Shown here piece after piece: positions 10,103-21,628 of a DNA stretch of 64,000 nucleotides. The position numbers and the translations under genes are program-made. Under the pieces are notes generated by a model. It saw only the letters and a list, made by a program, of their open reading frames with translations, did not search any database and was not told the origin of the DNA. Position 1 is the first letter of the stretch; every line of letters begins with the position of its first letter. The stretch covers positions 304,523-368,522 of the forward strand of contig CAYHBZ010000001.1 in the NCBI GenBank assembly GCA_964355175.1, read 5' to 3'. Origin of the DNA: an uncultured Gammaproteobacteria bacterium. GTDB lineage: Bacteria > Patescibacteriota > Patescibacteriia > Magasanikbacterales > GWA2-37-8.

Positions 10103-10185
10103 ATATCTATCTTGTTCGCCGATTCTGATCAGAGATCAGGATAAGCTCGACTTGGATTCACATACTTTCGTATGAGTATCTCCAG

Positions 10186-11734
<1,549 letters not shown>

Positions 11735-11837
11735 TAAAAAAAGAGAATGATAAGCTCGGAAAAATTCCGAACTATTATTTGTTTTGTTGTTGAATAGACA
11801 GATTTTTAAATATATAAATTTTACTTTATATACTTAT

Positions 11838-11865
11838 GGTCTTTGTCACATTTATGTTGTCAAGG
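11838..11865 (-). promoter_or_regulatory. 5' half of the pre-16S processing stem (RNase III-type stalk)
   Basis: Complementary to 10074-10102 across the mature 16S. Confidence 0.5.
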
Positions 11866-12039
11866 TTCATTCTTTCCTTTTGAAGCCCAGATAAGGCTTC
11901 GACAAAGAAAGAAAAAAGAGGAAGCCATTTTGACTTACTCTTTTCTCTTTCCAGTATCGTCCGAAATTTCCGGTAGACTTAGAAAAATGATTTGATTTTG
12001 AGGTACAATTTGGAGGTAGGTTTTTTCAAAAGCTTTTAC

Positions 12040-12068
12040 ATAATAGCATAAGGTAAAAACCCTGTCAA
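12040..12068 (-). promoter_or_regulatory. Probable rRNA promoter with consensus sigma70-type hexamers
   Basis: The minus strand reads cTTGACAgggtttttaccttatgcTATTATg, i.e. TTGACA, a 17-nt spacer, then TATTAT. It lies about 300 nt upstream of the 16S 5' end. Confidence 0.45.
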
Positions 12069-12097
12069 GGGCGGAAAAATGGCTTGGTTGTGGATAA

Positions 12098-12754
12098 TTA
12101 GCGACTTTCGCCTTTACGCCAATCCCTTATTTTTTTATGGTCTCCAGAAAGAAGAATTTTGGGCACTTTTAGGCCCATAAAATTTTCCGGACGGGTATAT
12201 TGAGGGTATTCAACAATTCCATCTTCAAAGGTTTCTTCTTTGAGCGAATCACTGTTGCCGAGAACTCCCGGCAATAAACGCGATACAGCTTCGATAATAA
12301 CCAGGGCTGGCAATTCGCCGCCCGCTAACACATAGTCCCCGACAGACACCCGATCATCCACAAATTTATAGACACGCTCGTCAAAGCCTTCATAGCGACC
12401 ACTGATGATGACCAGATTATCTAGTTTAGAAAATTGTTTGGCCATTTTTTGATCAAACTTTTTTCCATCCGGATCCATGATAATTATTTTGGTTTTTGGT
12501 TGTTTTATTTTTTTGCCATTTTTTACCAAATCCATATTTTCTAGAGTGAGATAAATTGGCTCTACTTGTAGTACCATACCAGCTCCCCCACCGTATGGTT
12601 TATCGTCGACATGGCGTTGCTTATCCAAAGTAAAATCACGAAAATTATGAGTAATAATTTCTATTAGTTCCTTATTTTGCGCACGCCCCAAAATACTATC
12701 TTGGCAATAGTGATGAATCAGATCTGGAAAAATTGTGAGAATGCTAAATTTCAT
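12098..12754 (-). CDS. trmD: tRNA (guanine37-N1)-methyltransferase
   Basis: MKFSILTIFPDL..., DDKPYGGGAGMV, SPOUT-fold TrmD motifs. Confidence 0.9.
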   Translation of the reverse strand: MKFSILTIFPDLIHHYCQDSILGRAQNKELIEIITHNFRDFTLDKQRHVDDKPYGGGAGMVLQVEPIYLTLENMDLVKNGKKIKQPKTKIIIMDPDGKKFDQKMAKQFSKLDNLVIISGRYEGFDERVYKFVDDRVSVGDYVLAGGELPALVIIEAVSRLLPGVLGNSDSLKEETFEDGIVEYPQYTRPENFMGLKVPKILLSGDHKKIRDWRKGESR

Positions 12755-12919
12755 AATTTCTAAGGTTGAGACAAAATAGAAAATTAATTTTCTATTTTGC
12801 GAGACCTGAATAAATTAGATGGCCTCGCAGAGGACTCATAGTCCCTTGATTATACTATCAAAAAGCTAAAAAAACAAGAATACCGACTTTCGTCGGTATT
12901 CTGTAAGTTATTTTAACTT

Positions 12920-15900
12920 TTATTTTACATTGAAATCAAAGCTATTCTCGGCAAGCACCACATTCTTGCTATCGAGTACTTTCACTTTTGCAGTGTAGGT
13001 ACCGGTAGCTAATTTCTTGCTCAAAGAGCTGGTAGCATTGAATTTAACGGCTTGACCTTTGGATAGCGTGCGGGTTCCGTCAACCTCACCCACTACTTTG
13101 CCATTGGCATCTACTACCTGGCGAACGATTTTTACTTTTACTGGTTTACCAGTTTCGTTCTTATAGGAGTAGGTGTACTTCACAGCACTGCCTGGTTTAT
13201 AATCAACTTTTAATCCGGTGATCACCACTTTGGAATCTGGATTATTGGTAGAAATTGAAGGTGGAGGCAGAGGTTTCTTTACAGTTACATCAAAGCTGTT
13301 TTCACCCAAAAGCTTATTTTTGGAATCCATTACTTTAACTTTGATAGTGTAGTTGCCGTCAGCCAATTTACTGCTTAGTAAATTGCTAGCGCTTGACTTA
13401 AAGGTCTTGCCTTTAGCAATCGAAGCGCTGCTATTTACCTGAGCCACTACTTTACCATTAGCATCGAGCACCTGGCGTGCTACTTTAATCTTTAAAGTAG
13501 CACTATTTTCATTCTTAAAGGAATAAGTGTAAGCAACTGAGCTGTTTGGAACATATTGCAATTTCTTTACTGGTAATATCACCAACTTGGAACCAGGATT
13601 GGAAAGAGTAAAGATTGTTACATTGGAAGAATTAGAGGATCCTACATTGGAAGATTCAGGTAAAGTGGTTAGAGCAGAAGCTTCTTTTAAACCTACAGTT
13701 ACTTGATAAATGGTGCTTAAAGCTCCAGTAGCTGAACGGAATCTGATGTTTAGTGTCTTTTGACCATCACCGGCAGACAACGCAAATACCTTGGTAGTGG
13801 CGTATAGTTCCCACACAGCGCCTACGAAAGCAGAGTCTTCGGAGATTATCATATCTTTAGCGTTGAAAGCTGAAAGATTGATAGTGATATTTCTAGAAGA
13901 TACTGAGGAAGGATTACCTGGTAAGCTGACGGAAACTTTCGAAGGAGCCGAACCAGCACCACTGGTAACACCACCACCGCCGCCGCTTGATCCACTACTA
14001 ACACTTACAGTGTTGCCAGTAAAGGTAGCGGAGTCAGATCCGGTATCAGTAGAATCTTTACTATCGGTAAAGGCAAGAGAAACAGTACCGTTTCCAGAGA
14101 CCTGGAACAATCCATCATTATTTGTTTTAGCACTAGCTACAGAGAAAATATTACCACTGCTTTGGAAGATACCGGTACTAGCACCAGTTTCAGTCAAAGT
14201 GATTGTTTCAGAGTCACTATAAGTATCGGAAGTGACAGTTACAGTCATAGTATCAGCAGAAGTAGTCAGGTTGGCGTCAGTATCTACTACTTTCAAATAC
14301 ACAGAACTAGCGGCAGTAGCATAGGTACTAGCGGCAGTACCAGCACCGTCTACGAAGTCAACCGAGGCAAGTGGGTGAACAATAGCGCCAGTTTCAGTGA
14401 CTGTACCAGTATTAGTAAAGGTGCCAGGAGCGTATAGAGTGTAGCTAGAACCGATAGTCAAAGAACCGGCATTGGTAATACTATCAGTAGAAGTGGTGTT
14501 ACCGGCCAAAGTATAGGTGCCGGCACCAAGAACTAAGCCCCAATATCTTTCAGCTGCTGGGGTTACAGAACCAGTACCAGTGTATCTTACAGTAGAGCTG
14601 GCCGAAGTAAATGTACCACTGTTAACAAAAGCGGTAGTACTGCTAGGGAAAGTCAAGGTAAAACTAGAACCATTTAAAGTCTTGCCGGAATTAATTGTAA
14701 GCACATTACTGACAGTGGTCGAACCAGACAAGGTGCCAGATGTGCCGTTGTTAACAACTAAATTCCAGTAAGTGGTGGAGGCGATGGTGGAGGTGGCACC
14801 GGAGAAGACTACAGTGGAGGTGCTGGCAGTGAAGGTACCGTTGCTTAATAATGGAGTGCCTGTACCGGTGAAGGTTAGGGTCTTGCCATTGGCGTCTAAA
14901 GTTTTTCCAGAGTTAATGGTTAAGACATTGCTGACGGTGGTGTAGCCACCTAATGTACCGGCAGTGCCGTTATCTACAGTCAAATTGTAATAGGTGGTGG
15001 AGGCAATAGTAGCAGTAGCACCGGAATAGACGACAATGGAGGTGCTGGCAGTGAAGGTACCGTTATTAACTAATGGGATACCGGTACCACTTAGAGTAAG
15101 AGTATAACTGCTTGCATCTAAAACCTTGCTGGCATTAACAGTTAGGACATTGCTGACTGTAGTGGAACCAGTTAAGAGGGCAGTCCCGGCGTTGTTAATA
15201 ACCAAATTAAAGTAAGTTGTGGAGGCAACGTCGGGTCCTGTAACACTATTTGAATAGGTAAAGGTAGAACTACCGGCGTTAAATGTGCCGTTATTAATAA
15301 ACGTAGAAGCGTTGTTACCTGTAACTTCTAAAGTACTTGTACCAGCATTAAAAACCGCGCCGCTGTTAATTCTGATACCAGTATTCCCTCCTGCTTGCAA
15401 TCCACCGTATACGGTTGAGCTAGCTGAATCAACCGTCACAGTATAAAAGGTACCGGAGGCCATATTTACACCATTACCAGTATATCTAATAAGTAAATTA
15501 CTAAAATTTGAAGCACCCGTATTATTAACAAACGGAGTTCCTGTGGCAGCTAAAGTAAGATTTTCAATACCTGGCTCCAAGATCGAAGGGGTACCCACAG
15601 TAAATAAATTATTTACTGTAGTACTACCTGTAATAGTGTTGGAAGTGGCACCATTCAAAGTCAAGTTGTAGTAGGTGGTAGAAGCAACGTTGGCGGTGGC
15701 ACCGGAGAAGACTACGGTAGAGGTACTGGCGGTGAAGGTACCGTTGCGTAAAAACGGAGTGCTGGTACCGGTCAATGCCAGAGTATAGCCGTTGGCATCC
15801 AAAGATTTAGTGGAGCTAACAGTAAGTACATTGGTGGTGGTCACATTACCGGCTAAAGTACCGGCAGTGCTGATTAATAGGTTGTAGTAGGAAGCAGAGG

Positions 15901-17338
15901 TGATTGGTTGGGTACTACCACCACCGTAGACCACAGTCGAAGTGCTGGCAGTAAAGGTACCACTTTGTGTAAATGGTGTGATACCTAACAAACTGATCGT
16001 GTATCCATTGGCGTCCAATACAGCGCCACTGCTAATTACAAGATTGTTCATTTCTACTATACCCGCCAATACGGCGGCAGTTGAATCGATTTGTAGACCG
16101 TAGTAGGTAAGGTTAGCGGCAACATTAGTAGCGCCGACACCGGAATATCTGACTACACCATTACTGGTAAGAGTACCAGTTTTAACAAGCGGAGTACCAG
16201 TGCCAGATAAATTCAAAGTGAAGCTAGAAGTATCGAGTGTCTTGCTGGCATTAATAGTCAATACACTACTGACAGTAGTAGAGCCAGACAGTGTACCTGA
16301 GGTGCCATTATCAACAGTCAAATTATAATAGGTGGTGGAGGCGATGGTGGCAGTAGCACCGGAGTATTTAACGGTAGAACCGCTTGGAACAAAAGTACCA
16401 TTTCGCACAAATGGAGTGCTCGTACCAGGCAAATTTATTGTACTTCCTGAATGGCCTGTTAAACTACCTGAGCTACCTATAGTAAGAATATTAGTAGTAG
16501 TAACATTAGAAGTTCCTGCTGTAGACAAAGTTACAGATCCATTTATAGTTAAATTATAAGGCACAAATCTACCTGAAGTTATACCACTATCACCAATTAA
16601 CTTTCCAGTACCAGTCATTGTTACAGTACCTGAAGTTTGAATCAAAGTACCTGGTGATAATATACTTCCTCCAACATTTAGATTAAAGGTAGATAAATCA
16701 AAAACTCTCAGTGAATTAACAGTAAGATCGTTGGTAGTTGTAACACTACTACCAAGCGTGGTATCATCGGCAATAGTAAGGTTGTAAAAATTTATTGATC
16801 CAGGGCCGCTAATAGTTTTAGTAAGACCGGACATCGTGAGAGTACCAACTGTTTGGCTAAGAGTAGTAGTGACATTAACATTACCAGACACATTAATTGT
16901 TCCAGTGGCGTTAAATGCAGTTCCGCCTAATCTCAGATCAACAACAGCCAAAGTACCGCCTACCTGAAAAGTACCGGCGTCTTGTGCAAAACTACCAGTG
17001 CCAGTAAGGGTTACGCCTGAATTAATATTAATAGTTCCGGTATATGTAGAATCCATTGATATGCCGGCAGTAGTTGTACTGACATCAAAAACAGCATTGG
17101 TAGTAGTTCTAGCTCCATTAAAAAACAAATCTTTACCGGTCAGAGTAGTACACGCTGCACCAACTCCACCGATAGTATCTTCCCAATTAGTAAGAGTTGA
17201 AGCCAGCTGAGAACTGCTCGCAGTCCAAGTACAAAAAGCCGCACTTGCCTGCTGACCAAAAAACATTGAGGAGAGCAGAAGTGCTGACCCCACTAAGAGT
17301 AGTTTAGACCTACTCAGAAATGACACATTCGTATTCAT
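12920..17338 (-). CDS. Giant (1472 aa) Thr/Ser/Gly-rich repetitive surface protein (adhesin-like) with two C-terminal tandem Ig-like domains
   Basis: Signal peptide MNTNVSFLSRSKLLLVGSALLLSSMFFGQQASA. More than 10 degenerate ~75-aa repeats (..TVSNVLTINSGKTLDANGKTLTFTGTGTPL..NGTFTASTSTVVFSGATATIASTTYYNLT..). C-terminus has two ~100-aa repeats (..YKPGSAVKYTYSYKNETGKPVKVKIVRQVVDANGKVV..). Confidence 0.6.
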   Translation of the reverse strand: MNTNVSFLSRSKLLLVGSALLLSSMFFGQQASAAFCTWTASSSQLASTLTNWEDTIGGVGAACTTLTGKDLFFNGARTTTNAVFDVSTTTAGISMDSTYTGTININSGVTLTGTGSFAQDAGTFQVGGTLAVVDLRLGGTAFNATGTINVSGNVNVTTTLSQTVGTLTMSGLTKTISGPGSINFYNLTIADDTTLGSSVTTTNDLTVNSLRVFDLSTFNLNVGGSILSPGTLIQTSGTVTMTGTGKLIGDSGITSGRFVPYNLTINGSVTLSTAGTSNVTTTNILTIGSSGSLTGHSGSTINLPGTSTPFVRNGTFVPSGSTVKYSGATATIASTTYYNLTVDNGTSGTLSGSTTVSSVLTINASKTLDTSSFTLNLSGTGTPLVKTGTLTSNGVVRYSGVGATNVAANLTYYGLQIDSTAAVLAGIVEMNNLVISSGAVLDANGYTISLLGITPFTQSGTFTASTSTVVYGGGSTQPITSASYYNLLISTAGTLAGNVTTTNVLTVSSTKSLDANGYTLALTGTSTPFLRNGTFTASTSTVVFSGATANVASTTYYNLTLNGATSNTITGSTTVNNLFTVGTPSILEPGIENLTLAATGTPFVNNTGASNFSNLLIRYTGNGVNMASGTFYTVTVDSASSTVYGGLQAGGNTGIRINSGAVFNAGTSTLEVTGNNASTFINNGTFNAGSSTFTYSNSVTGPDVASTTYFNLVINNAGTALLTGSTTVSNVLTVNASKVLDASSYTLTLSGTGIPLVNNGTFTASTSIVVYSGATATIASTTYYNLTVDNGTAGTLGGYTTVSNVLTINSGKTLDANGKTLTFTGTGTPLLSNGTFTASTSTVVFSGATSTIASTTYWNLVVNNGTSGTLSGSTTVSNVLTINSGKTLNGSSFTLTFPSSTTAFVNSGTFTSASSTVRYTGTGSVTPAAERYWGLVLGAGTYTLAGNTTSTDSITNAGSLTIGSSYTLYAPGTFTNTGTVTETGAIVHPLASVDFVDGAGTAASTYATAASSVYLKVVDTDANLTTSADTMTVTVTSDTYSDSETITLTETGASTGIFQSSGNIFSVASAKTNNDGLFQVSGNGTVSLAFTDSKDSTDTGSDSATFTGNTVSVSSGSSGGGGGVTSGAGSAPSKVSVSLPGNPSSVSSRNITINLSAFNAKDMIISEDSAFVGAVWELYATTKVFALSAGDGQKTLNIRFRSATGALSTIYQVTVGLKEASALTTLPESSNVGSSNSSNVTIFTLSNPGSKLVILPVKKLQYVPNSSVAYTYSFKNENSATLKIKVARQVLDANGKVVAQVNSSASIAKGKTFKSSASNLLSSKLADGNYTIKVKVMDSKNKLLGENSFDVTVKKPLPPPSISTNNPDSKVVITGLKVDYKPGSAVKYTYSYKNETGKPVKVKIVRQVVDANGKVVGEVDGTRTLSKGQAVKFNATSSLSKKLATGTYTAKVKVLDSKNVVLAENSFDFNVK
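14600..16450 (-). repeat. Intragenic tandem coding repeats (about 225-bp units) inside the adhesin gene
   Basis: Recurring blocks such as ggtggtggaggcgatggtggaggtggcaccggagaagactacagtggaggtgctggcagtgaaggtaccgtt at about 14780, 15000, 15690, 15900 and 16330. Confidence 0.5.
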
Positions 17339-17526
17339 AGAAGAAGATGAATTAATTACTTTTTATTTAATAAAAAATTAATAAAATTATTTTGTAGGAA
17401 TTTACTTAAAAATAGACTACAAATGCATTATACACTTTTTTTAAATTCCTTGCAAAGGATAAAAGTATTTTACATGTGGATAAGTGCTCACGGAACGATT
17501 CTTCGTTTCACTTGGAGTGATAAAAA

Positions 17527-17560
17527 ACAAAAAACCGCCTCGACAAATCGAAACGGTTTT
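17527..17560 (-). terminator. Intrinsic terminator after the KH-domain gene
   Basis: Minus-strand RNA CCGUUUCG-AUUUGU-CGAGGCGG (8-bp stem including G-U pairs) followed by UUUUUU. Confidence 0.4.
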
Positions 17561-17570
17561 TAAAATTTTC

Positions 17571-17954
17571 TTAGATTCCCAAGTCATCCACGGCGCTGGT
17601 GTCAATCATCGGTGCCGCACTTGCACTCTGCATAGGGCGAGGACCGCGACCGCCTACCGGCTCATTGATCTTTAGGTTCACGCGAGCATTGTGCTTGGCG
17701 CCTACGATCTTGAGCAAGGTGCGGATGGAGCGAGCGGTTTGGCCGCTGCGTCCAATGACATAGCCCATGTCGGCTGGATCGACATCCAAAGTAATGAGCA
17801 CACCGCGTTCATCAATGATACGGTCGGTCTTTACTTTGTCTGGGTTGTTCACAATCGCCTTTACAAGCGATTCAACAAACATCTGATCTGCTTCCATAGT
17901 ATTGTCGTTATATATTTCATTTCTACAGTCTGTCGACATGTGGAGGTATTCCAC
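17571..17954 (-). CDS. KH-domain RNA-binding protein (UPF0109/YlqC-like, usually encoded next to rpsP)
   Basis: VDPADMGYVIGRSGQTARSIRTLLK contains the KH GxxG loop. The likely true start is the internal MEADQMFVESLVKAIV Met (about 17897). C-terminal Gly/Pro/Ala tail. Confidence 0.65.
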   Translation of the reverse strand: MEYLHMSTDCRNEIYNDNTMEADQMFVESLVKAIVNNPDKVKTDRIIDERGVLITLDVDPADMGYVIGRSGQTARSIRTLLKIVGAKHNARVNLKINEPVGGRGPRPMQSASAAPMIDTSAVDDLGI

Positions 17955-18004
17955 CAGCTCTGCTTTTCTATAATATCAAAATCCTGAAATTCGGTCAATC
18001 TTTT

Positions 18005-18062
18005 TGTCATCCCGAGCGATAGCGAGGGATCTTTAGATTCCTCATTATATTCGGAATGACAG
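18005..18062. repeat. Palindromic element family, copy A (intergenic, KH gene to rpsP)
   Basis: tgtcatcccgagcgatagcgagggatctttagattcctcattatattcggaatgacag. It has nested inverted repeats (gtcatcccga/tcggaatgac, gagggatct/agattcctc) and is homologous to copies at 18884-18937 and 35616-35684. Confidence 0.55.
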
Positions 18063-18066
18063 CGAA

Positions 18067-18381
18067 TTACGCAATTTTTTTCTTCTCGGCCAATTTAGTA
18101 GCGCGACGCTTACTGATAAATACTGATTTTTTTGTTTTGCCTTTTACCAATCCAGCTTTCAAAAACAAATTGTGCAAAGTTGGAGAGGCCTGAGCGCCTT
18201 TACCAATCCAGTAAGTAATTCTTTCGGCATTTGGCAAAAGTTGATTTTCTTTGGCGTGTGGATTGTAAGTACCAACCTGTTCCAAATAAGTACCCCAAGT
18301 ATCCTTGGTCTTTTCAGAAACGATAATGCGATATGTGGCAAATTTATTTTTACCAATACGCTGTAAACGAATTGCTAACAT
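18067..18381 (-). CDS. rpsP: 30S ribosomal protein S16
   Basis: MLAIRLQRIGKNKFATYRIIVSEK...EQVGTYNP is the canonical S16 N-terminus. Lys-rich C-terminal extension. Confidence 0.85.
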   Translation of the reverse strand: MLAIRLQRIGKNKFATYRIIVSEKTKDTWGTYLEQVGTYNPHAKENQLLPNAERITYWIGKGAQASPTLHNLFLKAGLVKGKTKKSVFISKRRATKLAEKKKIA

Positions 18382-18464
18382 AGATTAATTTAATTTTTAT
18401 AAGAGTTTCTCTCATGACTTGTGAAGATCACGGAGAAGTTAAGAGCTGGCCTACTATACTATGT

Positions 18465-21400
18465 TTAGCTGGTTTTGTCAACATTTTCCTGGTCGGCGTA
18501 CTTCCCGATCTCGCCGATATTCACACTCAGTAGCTTGGAAACACCTTCGCCGCCCATAGTCACCCCGTAGAGCGCGTCGGCCGAGTGCATAGTGACGCGG
18601 TTGTGGGTAATCACGATAAATTGAGATTTGGCGGCCAATTCACTCATAATATTGGCAAAACGCAGAGTGTTGGCTTCATCGAGCGCCGCTTCAACTTCAT
18701 CCATTACTACAAATGGAGATGGGTTGCAGTTTAATATGGCGCAGATTAGCGCTATCGAGGTAAGGGTGCGTTCACCGCCCGACAGAGAGCTGATATTTTT
18801 TATTTTCTTACCGGGTGGGTTTACGATAATATCAATACCGGTAAGAATTTTATCGCGTTTTTTGTTTTTCAATACACCACCATTGTCATCCCCGTGAAAA
18901 CGGGGATCTTGGATTCCCGCTTCCGCGGGAATGACAGAGCCGTCGTTTGAAATGACATTACCATTGGCATCCAACATTTCTTCGCTTTCCGGTTCGCCAT
19001 AAATTTCTTCAAGCTGTGCTCCCCCACCATTAAATAATATTTGAAAATAACGATCAAATTCTTTGCGAATTTGTTTAAAGGCTTGTGAGCGTTTTTTCTT
19101 CATGATTTCGTCGAGTTCTTCGATCATCTTAGACAGATCCCCCACCGCTTTGGTCAAATCTTCCAGTTGACTGGAGAGAAAATCATAACGTTCTTTGGTG
19201 GTTTCGTATTCTTTCACTACTTCTTCATCAATACCACCAATCAAACTAAGCTGATATTTAAATTTAGAAATTGAATCCGCCACCTGATCCAGATCCACTT
19301 GAGAAAGCACACTATCCCAGCGTTCAGAGATACTCAAAAGCGAAGAACTGAGCTCATTATTGGCTTCATTATTTAGATCTTCATTTTTGGTTTCAATTTT
19401 AGCCAATTGAATCTTGAATTCATTGCGGCTACTCAGAATTTCATTAACTTCCGTCTGTTTTTTCTGCATTACTTCTTGCAAAGCAAACACGCGCTGTTTT
19501 TTAATTTCTTCCGCGTCATTAAAATTCTTTATTTCAGTAGCAATTTCCAAAATATCTTTCTCGCTGTTTTCAATTTCCGCTTTTACTTTATTTCTTTCCA
19601 CTTCCAAATCTTTCAGATGTTCGCCATACTCCTGCGGACTCATGCGAATAAAATTCAATTCTTTTTCCATCTGCACAAATTCGGCACTCTGCGAATCGCG
19701 CTGAGTGTGCAAAGCAATTAATTGATTTTGAGATTTTTCTTTTTCCATCTGGGCCAAAAGCTGGTCGGTCTTGGCTTTATCGAGTTGTATTTCTAAATCA
19801 CGGAAAATTTGTTCTTGTTTTATCAATTCTTCTTGATAATTAAAACCGGCATTTTCCGCAAAAGAAGTACTGCCGGAAAAACTCAAATGCATTCTTTTTT
19901 GTCCACGGAAACCACCTTTCATTACACCCCGTTTTTCCGCCACATCACCATCCAGAGTAACATAACGAATACGGCCGATACCCAAGCGTTGGGCCACAGC
20001 CAAATTTTTCACTATCAAGGTGTCGCCCAGGATAAATGAAAAAACATTACGAAATTTTTCATCAAATTTCACCAGATCAATCGCCAAACCAAATACGCCG
20101 TCTTCGTTTACTAGATTCTGGGCTTCGTAGCTTTCATTACGACCCACGATTTTATTAATCGGCAAAAAGGTGGCCACACCCATTTTTTCTTCACGCAAAA
20201 ATTCAATGGCGTTTTTGGCCACACTTTCATCAGCCACTACCAGCGATGATAAATTCGCGCCGGCGGCCACTTCCAGAGCGGTACGGTATTCATCCTGCAC
20301 TTCACCCAGCTCGGCCACCAGGCCATATACTTTTCCCAATCGATTTTTGTTTTCCAAAACTGAGCGTACGGCCGTAAGACCACTAAGCTCCAGATACTGA
20401 CGCTCGCTTTTTTGTTCAAATTGTTTGGTTTGCAATTGTGACAGACGCACCGCCGCCTGAGTTTTTTCGCGCGCCAAATCTTGCACCATCGCATTTTTTT
20501 GCGCGAACAATTTTTCCGCTTTCGAAATTTCCGCTTCAATGGACGCGCTATCACGATTTAATTTTTCTTTTTGAATCTGCAATTCCGCCACTTTATTTTC
20601 CAACCAACCGATATTTTGCTTGCCCAAATCACTATAGGCGTTTTGAATTTTGCCGGATAATATGGCCAACTCACGCTCCCAATCATTTTTAATTTTTACA
20701 GCCGCTTGATGTTTTTCTTGTAATTTTACAAACACTTCCTGACGACTTTCCGCGCGCGCCAAATCCGACAATTCATTCTGCACCGTTTCCAATTCTTTAA
20801 AAGCAATACGATAATTTTCATCCAATTCTTTTATGGTTTTATCCAGCTTATCCATCTCAGTTTTATTGCTCCAATATAGCGATCCATAGTATTTTTCTTG
20901 AGCTTCACGCAAATTTATTTCCACTTCATGGCGCTGTTCCAATTTACGGACCTGTTTGGAAAGCAGACGCAAACGCGGCTCTACTTCTTTGAGCAATGTA
21001 TCCACCTGCTTCATATTATCCTCTGTCCGCGCCAATTTCAGGCTGGCCTGGTGGTGTTTGATTTGATATTCCTTTATACCGGAAGCTTCATCCAAAAAAT
21101 CTTTACGCTCGGCTGGTGTCACCGTCAACATTTTGTCTATTGTCCCCTGACCGACTATACTATAAGAGTGCTGGCCAAACTGTGCCTTGGCAAGCAAAAG
21201 ATGGATATCCAGCATGCGCACCGGATTACTGTTTATGAGATACTCACCTTCGCCACTGCGATATAGACGGCGCGTAATCACCACTTCTTCGGCTTCAATA
21301 TCCGCGCGATTATCAGAATTATCGAGTACCATCGAAATTTCGCAAGCACCCAGTGCTCCGCGCGCTGCCGAGCCACCAAAAATAATATCTTCGCTCTTTT

Positions 21401-21623
21401 TACCACGCAAAGTTTTTAGGCTCTGTTCACCCATTACCCAGCGAATCGCATCCACCACATTGGATTTGCCCGAGCCGTTTGGCCCCACAATTGCAGTAAC
21501 ACTAAAACGACCGTCACGGGGCGGCAAAAAGTTTAATTTGGTCTTTTCAGCAAAGGATTTAAATCCCTGAATTTCTAAACTTTTGAGATACATAATTATG
21601 CGGCTTATTATACCACAGCCCAA
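18465..21623 (-). CDS. smc: Chromosome segregation protein SMC
   Basis: Walker A GPNGSGKSN, long coiled-coil, hinge, C-terminal signature LSGGERTLTSIAL and Walker B VVMDEVEAALD. The probable start is MYLKSLEIQGF. It carries an in-frame palindromic-element insertion near the C-terminal head (..SVIPAEAGIQDPRFHGDDN..). Confidence 0.85.
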   Translation of the reverse strand: MGCGIISRIIMYLKSLEIQGFKSFAEKTKLNFLPPRDGRFSVTAIVGPNGSGKSNVVDAIRWVMGEQSLKTLRGKKSEDIIFGGSAARGALGACEISMVLDNSDNRADIEAEEVVITRRLYRSGEGEYLINSNPVRMLDIHLLLAKAQFGQHSYSIVGQGTIDKMLTVTPAERKDFLDEASGIKEYQIKHHQASLKLARTEDNMKQVDTLLKEVEPRLRLLSKQVRKLEQRHEVEINLREAQEKYYGSLYWSNKTEMDKLDKTIKELDENYRIAFKELETVQNELSDLARAESRQEVFVKLQEKHQAAVKIKNDWERELAILSGKIQNAYSDLGKQNIGWLENKVAELQIQKEKLNRDSASIEAEISKAEKLFAQKNAMVQDLAREKTQAAVRLSQLQTKQFEQKSERQYLELSGLTAVRSVLENKNRLGKVYGLVAELGEVQDEYRTALEVAAGANLSSLVVADESVAKNAIEFLREEKMGVATFLPINKIVGRNESYEAQNLVNEDGVFGLAIDLVKFDEKFRNVFSFILGDTLIVKNLAVAQRLGIGRIRYVTLDGDVAEKRGVMKGGFRGQKRMHLSFSGSTSFAENAGFNYQEELIKQEQIFRDLEIQLDKAKTDQLLAQMEKEKSQNQLIALHTQRDSQSAEFVQMEKELNFIRMSPQEYGEHLKDLEVERNKVKAEIENSEKDILEIATEIKNFNDAEEIKKQRVFALQEVMQKKQTEVNEILSSRNEFKIQLAKIETKNEDLNNEANNELSSSLLSISERWDSVLSQVDLDQVADSISKFKYQLSLIGGIDEEVVKEYETTKERYDFLSSQLEDLTKAVGDLSKMIEELDEIMKKKRSQAFKQIRKEFDRYFQILFNGGGAQLEEIYGEPESEEMLDANGNVISNDGSVIPAEAGIQDPRFHGDDNGGVLKNKKRDKILTGIDIIVNPPGKKIKNISSLSGGERTLTSIALICAILNCNPSPFVVMDEVEAALDEANTLRFANIMSELAAKSQFIVITHNRVTMHSADALYGVTMGGEGVSKLLSVNIGEIGKYADQENVDKTS
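18884..18937. repeat. Palindromic element family, copy C, inserted in-frame within smc
   Basis: tgtcatccccgtgaaaacggggatcttggattcccgcttccgcgggaatgacag forms two adjacent hairpins and has the same termini (TGTCATCC...GGAATGACAG) as copies A and B. It encodes VIPAEAGIQDPRFHGDDN in the smc frame. Confidence 0.55.
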
Positions 21624-21628
21624 TTATC

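Noticed and set aside
18159-18366. ORFs overlapping rpsP on both strands (18159-18356 minus, 18172-18366 +)
   Set aside because: They are embedded in the rpsP coding region in alternative frames. rpsP has a strong family match and they do not.
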